A stretch of 64,000 nucleotides of DNA from an uncultured bacterium (GTDB lineage Bacteria; Planctomycetota; UBA1135; GCA-002686595), in assembly GCA_943787795.1 (NCBI GenBank), contig CALSNU010000003.1, forward strand, positions 224,001 through 288,000, read 5' to 3'. Shown in pieces: positions 19,393-30,882 of the stretch. How positions within the stretch are numbered: position 1 is the stretch's first letter; the number at the start of each line of letters is the position of its first letter. The notes under the pieces were generated by a model that searched no databases, had not been told where the DNA came from, and was given only the letters and a program-made list of their open reading frames with translations. Both the position numbers and the translations under genes were made by a program.

Positions 19393-20583
19393 ATGATCGG
19401 AATTCTATCCGCACTGTCCCTCGCTGCCCCTCAGGTGGCGGTGCTCCCTTTGGCCTGGGCTGCCATTGCAGCACCCGCCGGGGTGAGTCCTTCGCAGGCG
19501 CATGGGGCGGTGGAGTGTGCCGGTGTGTCCGCCGCAGGATCGCCATCCGAAGGGGTGCCCCGAGCAGATCAACGGACAACAGCGGCAATCTTCACGGAGC
19601 TGGAGCGGCTGAGCATCGGTCGGCAACAGCCCGGCGTTGGGGCCCCGTGGTCACGAGTTCAGGCGCTGGTAGACGGCCTCATTCAGGGCCTCCTTCAGGG
19701 CCTGGGGCAAGAGCCGCAGACTGGCCTCTCGGAGGATCCTGCCGTCGCGCGACTCTTCACCGACCTCGCGATTTCAGCGACCGCGGCACAGCGGCTTGAC
19801 CTCGTGCAGGCCTGCGAGCGACTCCTGTCCGCGAGGGACGGTCAGGAGAGTCGCTCACGCCTCCTCCGCGCCCAGATCCTGATCCTCGAGCCAGTGATCG
19901 CTGCCACCGGCGGCCGGGGCCCGATCGCGAGGCGCGCGACCGCTCTCTACGAAGAGATCGCCCTCGAGGTCACCCACCCAGAGACCGGAGAGGCGCCGCC
20001 GTTCATGCGTCGGTCCCGGCTTCGCCTTGAGAGGCTGCGCATCGGCGCGCCCATGCCCAGGTTTGTGGCGCGGGACACGGCCGGGAACGAGCTCCGCTCG
20101 GCGCAGCTTGAGGGAGAGGTCCTCGTCCTCCGATTCTGGGACGAGTCGAGCCCCGCTTCTCTCGCTGCGCATCGTGCAGACGAGGCGTGGGTGCGAGAGT
20201 TCTGGGATGCCCCCTTCGATCTCTTCGGCGTGGCCCGGTCAGAGGATCGCGAGGCCTACTTGCGACAGCTCGAGGCCGCGCAATTCGGCGGCGTCCAGCT
20301 CTTCGACGGCCCGATCAGCGACGCCCTCGCGGAGGCGCTGGAGGGGTATGACTGGGGAGCTCCCGGGGCTTTTGGAGCCTCCGCGGAACATGGGGCGGGC
20401 CTCCGCCTCTCCAACCGCTGGGGCGCGCCAACGCCGGGGAGTCTCTTCGTGGTCGATGCACGCGGGAGGATCCGTGGCCGGGACCTTTCACCGGACGTGA
20501 CTCGATCGCTGGTCAGGCAGCTGATCGCCGAGGAGCAATTCCGGCGAAGAGAGCAGCTGTTAGAGGGGGCACGCTCCCGCTGA
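19393..20583 (+). CDS. Exported protein with TlpA/redoxin-like domain lacking CxxC
   Basis: IGAPMPRFVARDTAGNEL...VLVLRFWDESSPAS and LFVVDARGRIRGR; start uncertain. Confidence 0.6.
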   Translation: MIGILSALSLAAPQVAVLPLAWAAIAAPAGVSPSQAHGAVECAGVSAAGSPSEGVPRADQRTTAAIFTELERLSIGRQQPGVGAPWSRVQALVDGLIQGLLQGLGQEPQTGLSEDPAVARLFTDLAISATAAQRLDLVQACERLLSARDGQESRSRLLRAQILILEPVIAATGGRGPIARRATALYEEIALEVTHPETGEAPPFMRRSRLRLERLRIGAPMPRFVARDTAGNELRSAQLEGEVLVLRFWDESSPASLAAHRADEAWVREFWDAPFDLFGVARSEDREAYLRQLEAAQFGGVQLFDGPISDALAEALEGYDWGAPGAFGASAEHGAGLRLSNRWGAPTPGSLFVVDARGRIRGRDLSPDVTRSLVRQLIAEEQFRRREQLLEGARSR

Positions 20584-20611
20584 GCTCCAACGCTTGTCGC
20601 CTACCTTTCCC

Positions 20612-21436
20612 ATGTCCAGGCTTCACTCATCCTCGCACCAGCAGCCCCGCGGCAGCGCCTCCTTGAAGGGGTTGCCGCTGGTGACGGTTGTGACTCTGTC
20701 GGGCGTGGCCCTGCTGCTCGGTCGCAGCGCTCCTGAGCTGGCCAGCGGCCCTGCGTCCGTGAGCGTCGGGGCAGACCTCCTCGCCGCGGCGACTGCCGAG
20801 TCCCGACAGACAGACCGGGGCGGCGCCGTTGCTGCCGAGGAAGAGCTCGCGCCGATCCGCATCTCCGCCGACGGCCCTCGACGGCGTGCAGAGTCCGGCG
20901 ATGGTCGCGATGACGAGCTGGTCTCGGTGTCGGTTGGGGGGCCCTCTGACTCGGGCCATGACGACGGCCTGGTGCTCAGCTCTGGGGCCGCGGCGGATTC
21001 GCCGCTGGAGGCCTCCGACCTGGATGGGATCAGGGCCGAGGGACCCTTCCACCTCGGGGTGCGTGAGGGCGAGTGGACCTTCTTCGATCCGCAGGGGCTG
21101 GAGCGGGAGCGTGGCTCCTATCGCGCGGGGAAGCGCGACGGCGCCTGGCTCCAGTTCGCCCCGAACGGTCAGCTCGTGCAGCTCGCGGAGTACGTCGACG
21201 GGGCCCAGCAGGGCGCCTGGGAGCGGTTCAGCCGAGAGGGCGCGCTCCTCGAGGAGGGGCAATTCGAGGCGTCCGCTCCCCATGGTCGCTGGGTTCGACG
21301 GTACTCCAACGGATCCATCAAGGAGCGCGGCCTCTACGAGGCGGGGCTCCGCGAGGGGCGCTGGGAGTTCTTCGATGACCTGGGACGCCCCACGCTCCGC
21401 ACGGGCACCTACCGTGCCGGCATCCGGATCGACTAG
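20612..21436 (+). CDS. Membrane-anchored MORN-variant (YwqK-like) repeat protein
   Basis: N-terminal TM; repeats GVREGEWTFF, GKRDGAW, GAQQGAW, PHGRW, GLREGRWEFF. Confidence 0.8.
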   Translation: MSRLHSSSHQQPRGSASLKGLPLVTVVTLSGVALLLGRSAPELASGPASVSVGADLLAAATAESRQTDRGGAVAAEEELAPIRISADGPRRRAESGDGRDDELVSVSVGGPSDSGHDDGLVLSSGAAADSPLEASDLDGIRAEGPFHLGVREGEWTFFDPQGLERERGSYRAGKRDGAWLQFAPNGQLVQLAEYVDGAQQGAWERFSREGALLEEGQFEASAPHGRWVRRYSNGSIKERGLYEAGLREGRWEFFDDLGRPTLRTGTYRAGIRID

Positions 21437-21647
21437 GGCGCGATCGAGGCCTCGGGACGGCCCGGATGCAGTCGGCGGATGGACCGATGGGCGGGCTCGA
21501 TGGGTGGGTCCTTGGCCCTGGCCGCAGGACTCGCAGACGAGTCAGGAAGGCGAGCTGTCGGGCTAGATGGCGCGGCGCGATCCACAGGAGCGTGCTGGTG
21601 GGCTCGGGAGCTCACCGTGTGGTCCGTGGTTCAGCCCGCAGCCGCGA

Positions 21648-22673
21648 TCACCCGCCGCGGGTGTGCATCTCGAGGTGCGGTTCGCGCTGGAGCTCGCCGG
21701 GTCCAGCCAAGGCCGCTCGTGAATCGAGGCTGGCGCGCTCCTCGGCGCCTCGGTCCGTTCGTCCGGTCCAGAGATCCACGATCCGCTCGGCAGCAGCCGC
21801 GGCGCCGCGAGCGCGGAGGAGCGGCGCGATCGCCGTGCCCGACCGCGCGTAGAGGCAGGTGATGAACTGGCCATCAGCGGTCAGCCGCGCGCGGTCACAG
21901 CTCCCGCAGAAGGGGCGAGTGGTGGAGGCGATGACGCCGAAGCGCTGGCCGTCTCCGGTCAGGTAGCGATCGGCGGGAGCCGCGGTGCGCTTGAGGTCTT
22001 CGGGCGTCACGCCACCGCGGGCGGCGCCGACACGCTCGATGATCTCGGTGGCGGGGACGACCCGACTCATGTCCCAACGGGTCGCACCGCCGACGTCCAT
22101 GTACTCGATGAAGCGCACCTCGAGGTCGCGCTCGCGGGCGAAGTCGAGCATGTCCACCAGCTCGTCGTCGTTGGCGCCGCGCATGACCACGACGTTCAGC
22201 TTGGTGCCGGTGAAGCCGGCAGCGGCCGCCGCGTCTAGGCCCCGCAGCGCCCCGGCGAGCTCGTCCCGGCGCGTCAGCTCCAGGAAGCGATCGGCCCGCA
22301 GGGTGTCGAGGCTAACGGTCAGCCGGTCGAGCCCAGCATCGCGGAGGGCCGCGGCGAGGTCGGGGAGCCGGAGGCCGTTGGTCGTGAGCGCGAGGTCTCT
22401 CAGCCCGCCCTGGGCGCGTAGGCTCCTGACGAGCTGGTCGATGTCACGTCGCAGGAGCGGCTCGCCGCCAGTGAGCCGGACCTTCTCCACGCCGTGGGGG
22501 ACCAGCTCGGAGACGAGCGCCGCAGACTCCTCGAACGTCAGCAGCTCGGACCGCTCGAGCCAGGTGTAGCGCTCCTCGGGCATGCAGTACCCGCACCGCA
22601 GGTTGCAGCGGTCCGTGACCGAGAGCCGCAGGTTGCGGAGTGGTCGGCGGTGGAGATCCAGGGCTTGGGGCAT
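21648..22673 (-). CDS. moaA: GTP 3',8-cyclase (radical SAM, Moco biosynthesis)
   Basis: SVTDRCNLRCGYC, TGGEPLLR, FCGSCDRARL...C, C-terminal GG. Confidence 0.96.
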   Translation of the reverse strand: MPQALDLHRRPLRNLRLSVTDRCNLRCGYCMPEERYTWLERSELLTFEESAALVSELVPHGVEKVRLTGGEPLLRRDIDQLVRSLRAQGGLRDLALTTNGLRLPDLAAALRDAGLDRLTVSLDTLRADRFLELTRRDELAGALRGLDAAAAAGFTGTKLNVVVMRGANDDELVDMLDFARERDLEVRFIEYMDVGGATRWDMSRVVPATEIIERVGAARGGVTPEDLKRTAAPADRYLTGDGQRFGVIASTTRPFCGSCDRARLTADGQFITCLYARSGTAIAPLLRARGAAAAAERIVDLWTGRTDRGAEERASLDSRAALAGPGELQREPHLEMHTRGG

Positions 22674-22747
22674 GGGCGCAGATTATCACTCATTCTCCTG
22701 CCAGGTCCCAGGTGCTCTTTCGGTGAGCGTCGACCTATCTTCAGCCC

Positions 22748-24226
22748 ATGCAACGCCCCAAGACACTCGGAGAGCTCAAGGCCAGCGGCTGGGCCTCCCG
22801 TTCGGTCCGCGACGAACTCCGCGCCAACCTGATCCAGCGGCTCCGTGCGAAGGAGGAGATCTTCCCCGGCATCGTCGGCTACGAGGACTCCGTGATCCCA
22901 CAGCTTCAGAACGCCGTGCTCTCCGGGCACAGCTTCATCCTGCTTGGGCTCCGGGGGCAGGCCAAGACGCGGATCGCGCGTGCGCTGGCGGACCTCCTGG
23001 ACGAGTGGGTGCCCGCCATCGAGGGCTCGGAGCTCAACGAGGATCCCCTCGCCCCGGTGACCGTGCCGTCCATGCGGCGGGCCGAGGAGCTCGGCGACGA
23101 CCTGCCGATCCGCTGGATGCACCGCTCGGAGCGCTACCAGGAGAAGCTGGCGACGCCGGACGTTACCGTGGCGGACCTCATCGGCGACGTGGATCCGATC
23201 AAGGCGGCGACGCGCAAGCTGACCTTCGCGGACCCCGAGGTGATCCACTTCGGAATCCTGCCCCGTGCGAACCGCGGGATCTTCTGCGTCAACGAGCTCC
23301 CGGACCTGCAGGCGCGGATCCAGGTCGGGCTTCTGAACATCCTGGAGGAGGGGGACATCCAGGTGCGCGGCTTCCCGATCCGGATGCCCCTGGACCTCGG
23401 GCTGGTGTTCACCGCGAACCCCGAGGACTACACGAACCGCGGCAGCATCATCACGCCGCTGCGGGACCGCATCGCCTCCCAGATCCTCACGCACTACCCG
23501 AAGGAGCTGGAGCAGGCCATGGCGATCACCGACCAGGAGGCCTGGAGGGATCGCGGCGACGGTGCGGTCGAGGTCGAGGTCCCGGCGGCGCTGCGTGAGG
23601 CCATCGAGCTCGTGGCCTTCGAGGCCAGGGCCTCGGAGTTTGTGGACCAGGCCAGCGGGGTGAGCGCGCGGCTCTCCATCGCCATGCTGGAGAACGTCAT
23701 CTCCAACGCCGAGCGGCGCGCGCTGCGCGCCGGCGAGGCCACAGCCACGGCGCGACCCGCCGACCTGTTCACCGCGATCTCGGCCGTGACCGGGAAGGTC
23801 GAGCTGGTGTACGACGGAGAGCGCGAGGGCATCGGCGCAGTCGCCGCTGCCCTGGTGGGGAAGGCGCTCGGCGAGGCCTTCGGACGGACCTTCCCCGACG
23901 GCTATGCGGAGGACGAAGGGGACGCGGGCACGAGCGCGCCGGTCTACGACGCGATCCTGGGATGGTTCCGCTCCGGTGGCTCCCTCGACCTCGACGACAC
24001 CGCAGGTGACGCAGCGCACCTCTCCCGGCTCGGCGAGGTCACCGGGCTCCGGGAGCTGGTGGAGCGCACGGCCAGCCCCGCGAACGACGGCGAGCTCGCG
24101 TCGCTGATGGAGCTGGTCCTTGAGGGGCTCCACCAGGGATCCCTGCTGTCCCGGGACGACGACGGGCCGAACCGACGACAGTACGGGGACATGCTGGCCC
24201 AGATGGCGCGCAGCCTGGGCGCCTGA
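22748..24226 (+). CDS. AAA+ ATPase, Mg-chelatase/MoxR-like
   Basis: GLRGQAKT, NELPDL, TANPEDYTNRGSIITPLRDRI. Confidence 0.88.
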   Translation: MQRPKTLGELKASGWASRSVRDELRANLIQRLRAKEEIFPGIVGYEDSVIPQLQNAVLSGHSFILLGLRGQAKTRIARALADLLDEWVPAIEGSELNEDPLAPVTVPSMRRAEELGDDLPIRWMHRSERYQEKLATPDVTVADLIGDVDPIKAATRKLTFADPEVIHFGILPRANRGIFCVNELPDLQARIQVGLLNILEEGDIQVRGFPIRMPLDLGLVFTANPEDYTNRGSIITPLRDRIASQILTHYPKELEQAMAITDQEAWRDRGDGAVEVEVPAALREAIELVAFEARASEFVDQASGVSARLSIAMLENVISNAERRALRAGEATATARPADLFTAISAVTGKVELVYDGEREGIGAVAAALVGKALGEAFGRTFPDGYAEDEGDAGTSAPVYDAILGWFRSGGSLDLDDTAGDAAHLSRLGEVTGLRELVERTASPANDGELASLMELVLEGLHQGSLLSRDDDGPNRRQYGDMLAQMARSLGA

Positions 24227-24245
24227 GCCGGGAGCCACAGCGTCG

Positions 24246-25343
24246 ATGAAGTTCAGCTACCGGGAATTCGATCCATCCGAGGGCTCCCTCCGGGACCTCT
24301 TGAAGCGCCTTGAGGCGCTCTACAACGACCTGCTCCTGCAGGCCGACGGGGACCCGGAGCAGGCGTTGGAGTGGATGGAGACGATCGCGGCGCGGTATCC
24401 GCTGCTCCCGGACGGGTTCACGATGGACGACTTCCGTCGTCACCTCGAGAAGCAGCGCTGGGTGGAGCAGACCGTCGACGGCCTGAGGATGGCGCCCGGC
24501 GGGGACCGGGCGCTGAGACAGGAGTCCCTGGAGCGGATCTTCAGCGGCCTCACCAAGGACGCGGCGGGGGACCACCGTACTCAGGCCCAAGGGAACGGGC
24601 AGGAGCGGCTCCCCGAGACGCGGGCGTGGACCTTCGGGGATCCCGCGTCGCTCATCGACGCTGCGAGCTCGGTGCGCAATGCGCTGCGCCGCGGGGTGGA
24701 CCTCGACGGGCTGACCCTGGGCGAGGATGACCTCGAGGTGCACGAGACGGAGCACCTCTCGAGCTGCGCGACGGTGCTGCTACTGGACCTGAGCCACTCC
24801 ATGATCCTCTATGGCGAGGACCGGATCACGCCGGCCAAGCGCGTGGCCCTCGCCCTGACGGAGCTCATCCGGACGCGCTATCCCAAGGACTCGCTCAGGG
24901 TGGTCACCTTCGGGGACGAGGCCGAGGAGGTCTCCCTGGATGACATCTCCACCATCTCGGTGGGGCCCTTCCACACGAACACCCGAGCCGCGTTGCAGCT
25001 GGGTCGAGACCTCCTCCGACGGGAGCGGCGTGCTAACAAGCAGATCTTCATGATCACGGACGGCAAGCCGAGCGCGCTCACCGAGCCCGACGGCGAGATC
25101 TACAAGAACCCATTTGGGCTTGACCGTCGCGTGGTCGCCAAGACCATGGACGAGGCCACCATCTGCCGCCGCCACGGCATCCCGATCACCACCTTCATGC
25201 TCACGGACGACCCCGTGCTCGTGAACTTCATCGAGGAGTTCACGGAGGCCAACCGGGGCCGCGCGTACTTCGCGGGAGGCGACCGGCTCGGGGCGACGCT
25301 CTTCGTGGACTACGTGCGGAATCGCCGCAGCCAGGTGCGCTGA
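24246..25343 (+). CDS. VWA-domain protein, partner of the AAA+ ATPase
   Basis: [23 protein letters not shown]. Confidence 0.88.
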   Translation: MKFSYREFDPSEGSLRDLLKRLEALYNDLLLQADGDPEQALEWMETIAARYPLLPDGFTMDDFRRHLEKQRWVEQTVDGLRMAPGGDRALRQESLERIFSGLTKDAAGDHRTQAQGNGQERLPETRAWTFGDPASLIDAASSVRNALRRGVDLDGLTLGEDDLEVHETEHLSSCATVLLLDLSHSMILYGEDRITPAKRVALALTELIRTRYPKDSLRVVTFGDEAEEVSLDDISTISVGPFHTNTRAALQLGRDLLRRERRANKQIFMITDGKPSALTEPDGEIYKNPFGLDRRVVAKTMDEATICRRHGIPITTFMLTDDPVLVNFIEEFTEANRGRAYFAGGDRLGATLFVDYVRNRRSQVR

Positions 25344-25400
25344 GGCGACCCAGGGTTCTCGGGCGGGTGGATCTGGCCCCAGGACCCCGAGGGCCGATGG

Positions 25401-25477
25401 GGGGCCCTGCCGCCGAGGGGGCCCTGCCGCCGAGGGGATCCTGCCGCCGAGGGGACCCTGCCGCCGAGGAGATCCTG
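25401..25477. repeat. 17-bp tandem repeat x4.5 (GGGRYCCTGCCGCCGAG)
   Basis: Units start at 25401, 25418, 25435 and 25452, upstream of katG. Confidence 0.9.
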
Positions 25478-25669
25478 TCGCGGAGAAGGGTCGTCCGGCG
25501 GCGGTCCCCACAGGTGGTGATTACCCCCGCCGATGGGAGCCATCGGCAGATCTGGTTACCAGGATCCGCGGACCTTGCCGATGATCCACGAGCAACGAAT
25601 CGAGCCGGATCACCGCACCGCTCCCACCGGAGTCCTGGCCGGCTCACTCTCTTCACCGAAACGACTCCC

Positions 25670-28033
<2,364 letters not shown>

Positions 28034-28096
28034 GTCTCCATACCGGCTGAGCCTCTGCTCGCTGAACCCTGCTCGCCGAGTCGAGCGGGTTGCAAG

Positions 28097-28127
28097 GAGG
28101 GCCGGACCCCGCAAGGGTCCGGCCCTC
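28097..28127. terminator. 13-bp perfect stem-loop after katG
   Basis: GAGGGCCGGACCC-CGCAA-GGGTCCGGCCCTC, between convergent genes. Confidence 0.65.
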
Positions 28128-28165
28128 TCCATATCGCGGCGTTGATCCCTGCTTCCCGCGAGCCT

Positions 28166-28277
28166 GCGGTCAGGCTCCCACCGGGGCGGTCAGGCTCCCA
28201 CCGGGGCGGTCAGGCTCCCACCGGGGCGGCCAGGCTCCCACCGGGGCGGCCAGGCTCGTGACGGGGCGGTCAGGCTC
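28166..28277. repeat. 20-bp tandem repeat x5.5 (GCGGYCAGGCTCCCACCGGG)
   Basis: Exact 20-nt period, degenerating at the right end. Confidence 0.92.
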
Positions 28278-28322
28278 GCGGCGGGCGGATGAGCTCTCGC
28301 CGGAGAGACCACCTCGGGCAGC

Positions 28323-29471
28323 TCAGCGGCGCGGAGCGAGGTGACGCGGGAGGTCCTCGACGCGCTCGCAGCCGAGCTGCTCCATGACCTGGGTCAGCTG
28401 TCGCATGAGCATGGTCATCACGTGCGGCCCACCGCGGGCGCCCATGGCGCAGATGGCGTACATGAAGGAGCGCCCCATGAAGGCAAAGCGCGCGCCGCTC
28501 GCGAGGGCGCAGGCCACGTCGGGTCCGCCACGGACGCCGCTGTCGAAGAGCACCTCCATGCGATCCCCGAATTCGGCCGCGAGGGCCGGGAGCGCCTGGA
28601 TGGTGGACGTGCCGACCTCCAGCTGGCGGCCCCCGTGGTTGGAGACGATGATTCCGTCCGCGCCGAGCTCGAGCACCTGTGCGGCGTCCTGGGGATTGAC
28701 GATCCCCTTCACCACGAGCTTGCCCTTCCAGCGCTCGCGGATGGCCGCGATGCGGTCCGCCGAGAGCCGCCCGCTGAAGGTGGCGTTCATGAATTGCCCC
28801 AGGTGGGACATGTCCAGGCCCTTGGGGATGTAGGGCGCGAGGGTGGCGAACTCGGGCTTGCCCCGCGCCAGCTGCGAGAAGGACCAGGTCGGGCGCATCA
28901 TCATCTGGGCGATGTTGCGCAGGGACATGCGCGGGGGGATCGCGAGGCCGTTGCGGATCTCCTTGGGGCGGTAGCCGAAGGTCGGCGTGTCCGCCAGCAG
29001 CACGAGGACCGGGACCCCCGCGGCCTCGGCGCGGTCCAGGATCTTGTCCCGCAGGTCGTCCTCGGTCGGGTGGTAGAGCTGGAACCAGGCCTTGCCTTCG
29101 GTGATCTCCGCGACGCGCTCGATGCTCGCGGTGCCGACCGTGCTCAGGATGAAGGGCACCCTGGCGGCGTGGGCGGCCTCGGCGAGGAACTCGCAGGCGC
29201 CCGGCCACACCAGCCCCTGGAGCCCGATCGGGGCGACCCCGAAGGGCGCCGCGTAGGTCTCGCCGAAGAGCTCGGTCTCGAGGTGCGCGCCGCCGTAGTC
29301 CAGCACGTACCTCGGCTCGAGCCGCACCTCACGGAGCTCGTCCGTGTTGCGGCGCATGTTGAGATTCGAGTGGCACCCGTTGTCGAGGTACTCGAAGGCG
29401 AAGGGGGGGACGCGCTTTCGGCCCCGCTCGCGCAGGTGCTCGATCGAGGGGAGGTTCGGGTCGAGGCTCAT
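28323..29471 (-). CDS. FMN-dependent alpha-hydroxy-acid oxidase/dehydrogenase (LldD-like)
   Basis: PFGVAPIG, WFQLY, VVKGI, SNHGGRQL, DSGVRGGPD. Confidence 0.92.
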   Translation of the reverse strand: MSLDPNLPSIEHLRERGRKRVPPFAFEYLDNGCHSNLNMRRNTDELREVRLEPRYVLDYGGAHLETELFGETYAAPFGVAPIGLQGLVWPGACEFLAEAAHAARVPFILSTVGTASIERVAEITEGKAWFQLYHPTEDDLRDKILDRAEAAGVPVLVLLADTPTFGYRPKEIRNGLAIPPRMSLRNIAQMMMRPTWSFSQLARGKPEFATLAPYIPKGLDMSHLGQFMNATFSGRLSADRIAAIRERWKGKLVVKGIVNPQDAAQVLELGADGIIVSNHGGRQLEVGTSTIQALPALAAEFGDRMEVLFDSGVRGGPDVACALASGARFAFMGRSFMYAICAMGARGGPHVMTMLMRQLTQVMEQLGCERVEDLPRHLAPRR

Positions 29472-29564
29472 GATCGCGATGAACGATACCCGAGGGCGGT
29501 GAAACCCGCGGGGCCTCGATGGACGGATCATCGCCCTTCGGCGGAGGGCGCCAGGTGGAGGGGA

Positions 29565-30785
29565 TCAGCCCGCGTGGACGCGCACGTGCTCGCCGATCCA
29601 GTCCTGAATCGTGCGCAGCTCGTCAAAGTTAGGGTGGCGCAGCCGGACCCACGCGTTCGCCATGTAGCCGGCCTCGACGCCCTGGGTCGCGGTCCCCGGC
29701 GGAGGGAAGTGGGAGTCGATGATGTGCTCGCCGTAGCGAGCCTTGAGGTCCTCGACGCCCTCGTAGCCCTCGATGCGGCCGTCGGCGCTGGGGCGCAGGG
29801 CGATCATGCCGCCGGCGCAGCGCCTCGAGGGCGACTGGGAGGGGCTCCCCTGAACGATGAGGTGAGCCCACTCACGGTAGATGTCGAAGTCGTTGGCGGC
29901 TTGGTAGACGTCCCACATGCGCACGCCCGGGGGGCGGCAGCCGATCTCGCTGAACTTGAGGCCCTTGGGCCCGAAGAACCACTCCATGTGGGTGGCCGAG
30001 GTCTCGATACCGAGGGTCTGGATCACCTTGCGCCCCATCTCGCGGAGGTCGTCGTAGCGCTCGTCCTGGACCTCGTTGGTGGTGGCCATCTGGGGCGAGA
30101 TCCAGCGGTGACGCATGGCCTCGAGGACATTCGGGTAGTAGTGGGTGATGAACTCGTGGGCCACGTCACCGTTGAGGCTCAGGGTGTCCCAGTAGCCCTC
30201 GTGCCCCTCAATGAACTCCTCGATGGCGACGCTCTCGCCCCGCCCCAGGCCGCTCTCCTGGATCGCCGCTTCGAGGCTCTCGTCGTCGTGCGCGCGGGCG
30301 GTGCCGGCGGCGCCCGCGCCGTCCCTCGGCTTGAGGATGACGGGGTACCCGACCCGCTCGATGAAGGCCCGGGCCTCGTCGAGATCGGAGGTCCCGATGC
30401 TCTGGGCAGTGGGGACGCCGGCCTCACGCAGCGCGTCCTTCATGGCGGGCTTGTCCCGGCAGAGCCATGCGGTGCGGGTCGAGGTGCCCGGGATTTCGCA
30501 CTGCTCGCGGACCCAGGCGCAGGGGGTGATGTGCGCCTCGACCGTGGCCTCCAACCGATCCACCCAGGTGCGCTCCTGGACCCGTCGGACGGCCGCGAGG
30601 AGCGCCTCACCGTTCGTCACAGAGGGCACCTGCTCATGCCCGTCGAGCCACCCTCGCATCTCGTTATCGAGGGCGCTGGGCGGCGCCTCCGCGATGGCGG
30701 TGACCCGTGCGCCGACCTCCTTCAAGGCGCGGACGAACTCTCTCTGATTGGAGGGGAAGGAGGGCTCGACGAAGATGACGTGCAT
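29565..30785 (-). CDS. ATP-grasp ligase (paralog 1)
   Basis: RDKPAMK, KPRDGAGA, EEFIEGHE, THMEWF, SEIGCRPPG; start 30785 or 30797. Confidence 0.9.
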   Translation of the reverse strand: MHVIFVEPSFPSNQREFVRALKEVGARVTAIAEAPPSALDNEMRGWLDGHEQVPSVTNGEALLAAVRRVQERTWVDRLEATVEAHITPCAWVREQCEIPGTSTRTAWLCRDKPAMKDALREAGVPTAQSIGTSDLDEARAFIERVGYPVILKPRDGAGAAGTARAHDDESLEAAIQESGLGRGESVAIEEFIEGHEGYWDTLSLNGDVAHEFITHYYPNVLEAMRHRWISPQMATTNEVQDERYDDLREMGRKVIQTLGIETSATHMEWFFGPKGLKFSEIGCRPPGVRMWDVYQAANDFDIYREWAHLIVQGSPSQSPSRRCAGGMIALRPSADGRIEGYEGVEDLKARYGEHIIDSHFPPPGTATQGVEAGYMANAWVRLRHPNFDELRTIQDWIGEHVRVHAG

Positions 30786-30882
30786 GGCTTGGGGCAAGCG
30801 TGGGGGCGCGGGGGACCCGGGTGCCAGTGGGTCGTCGGTTGGGTGGCTATCGTGCAGGCGCCGAGCGGAGCCGGCGACGGGC

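Noticed and set aside
20612..21436. YwqK-type antitoxin of a toxin-antitoxin pair
   Set aside because: Only generic MORN-like repeats; no adjacent toxin
28166..28277. Repeat arrays as CRISPR
   Set aside because: Head-to-tail units with no unique spacers, and no cas genes
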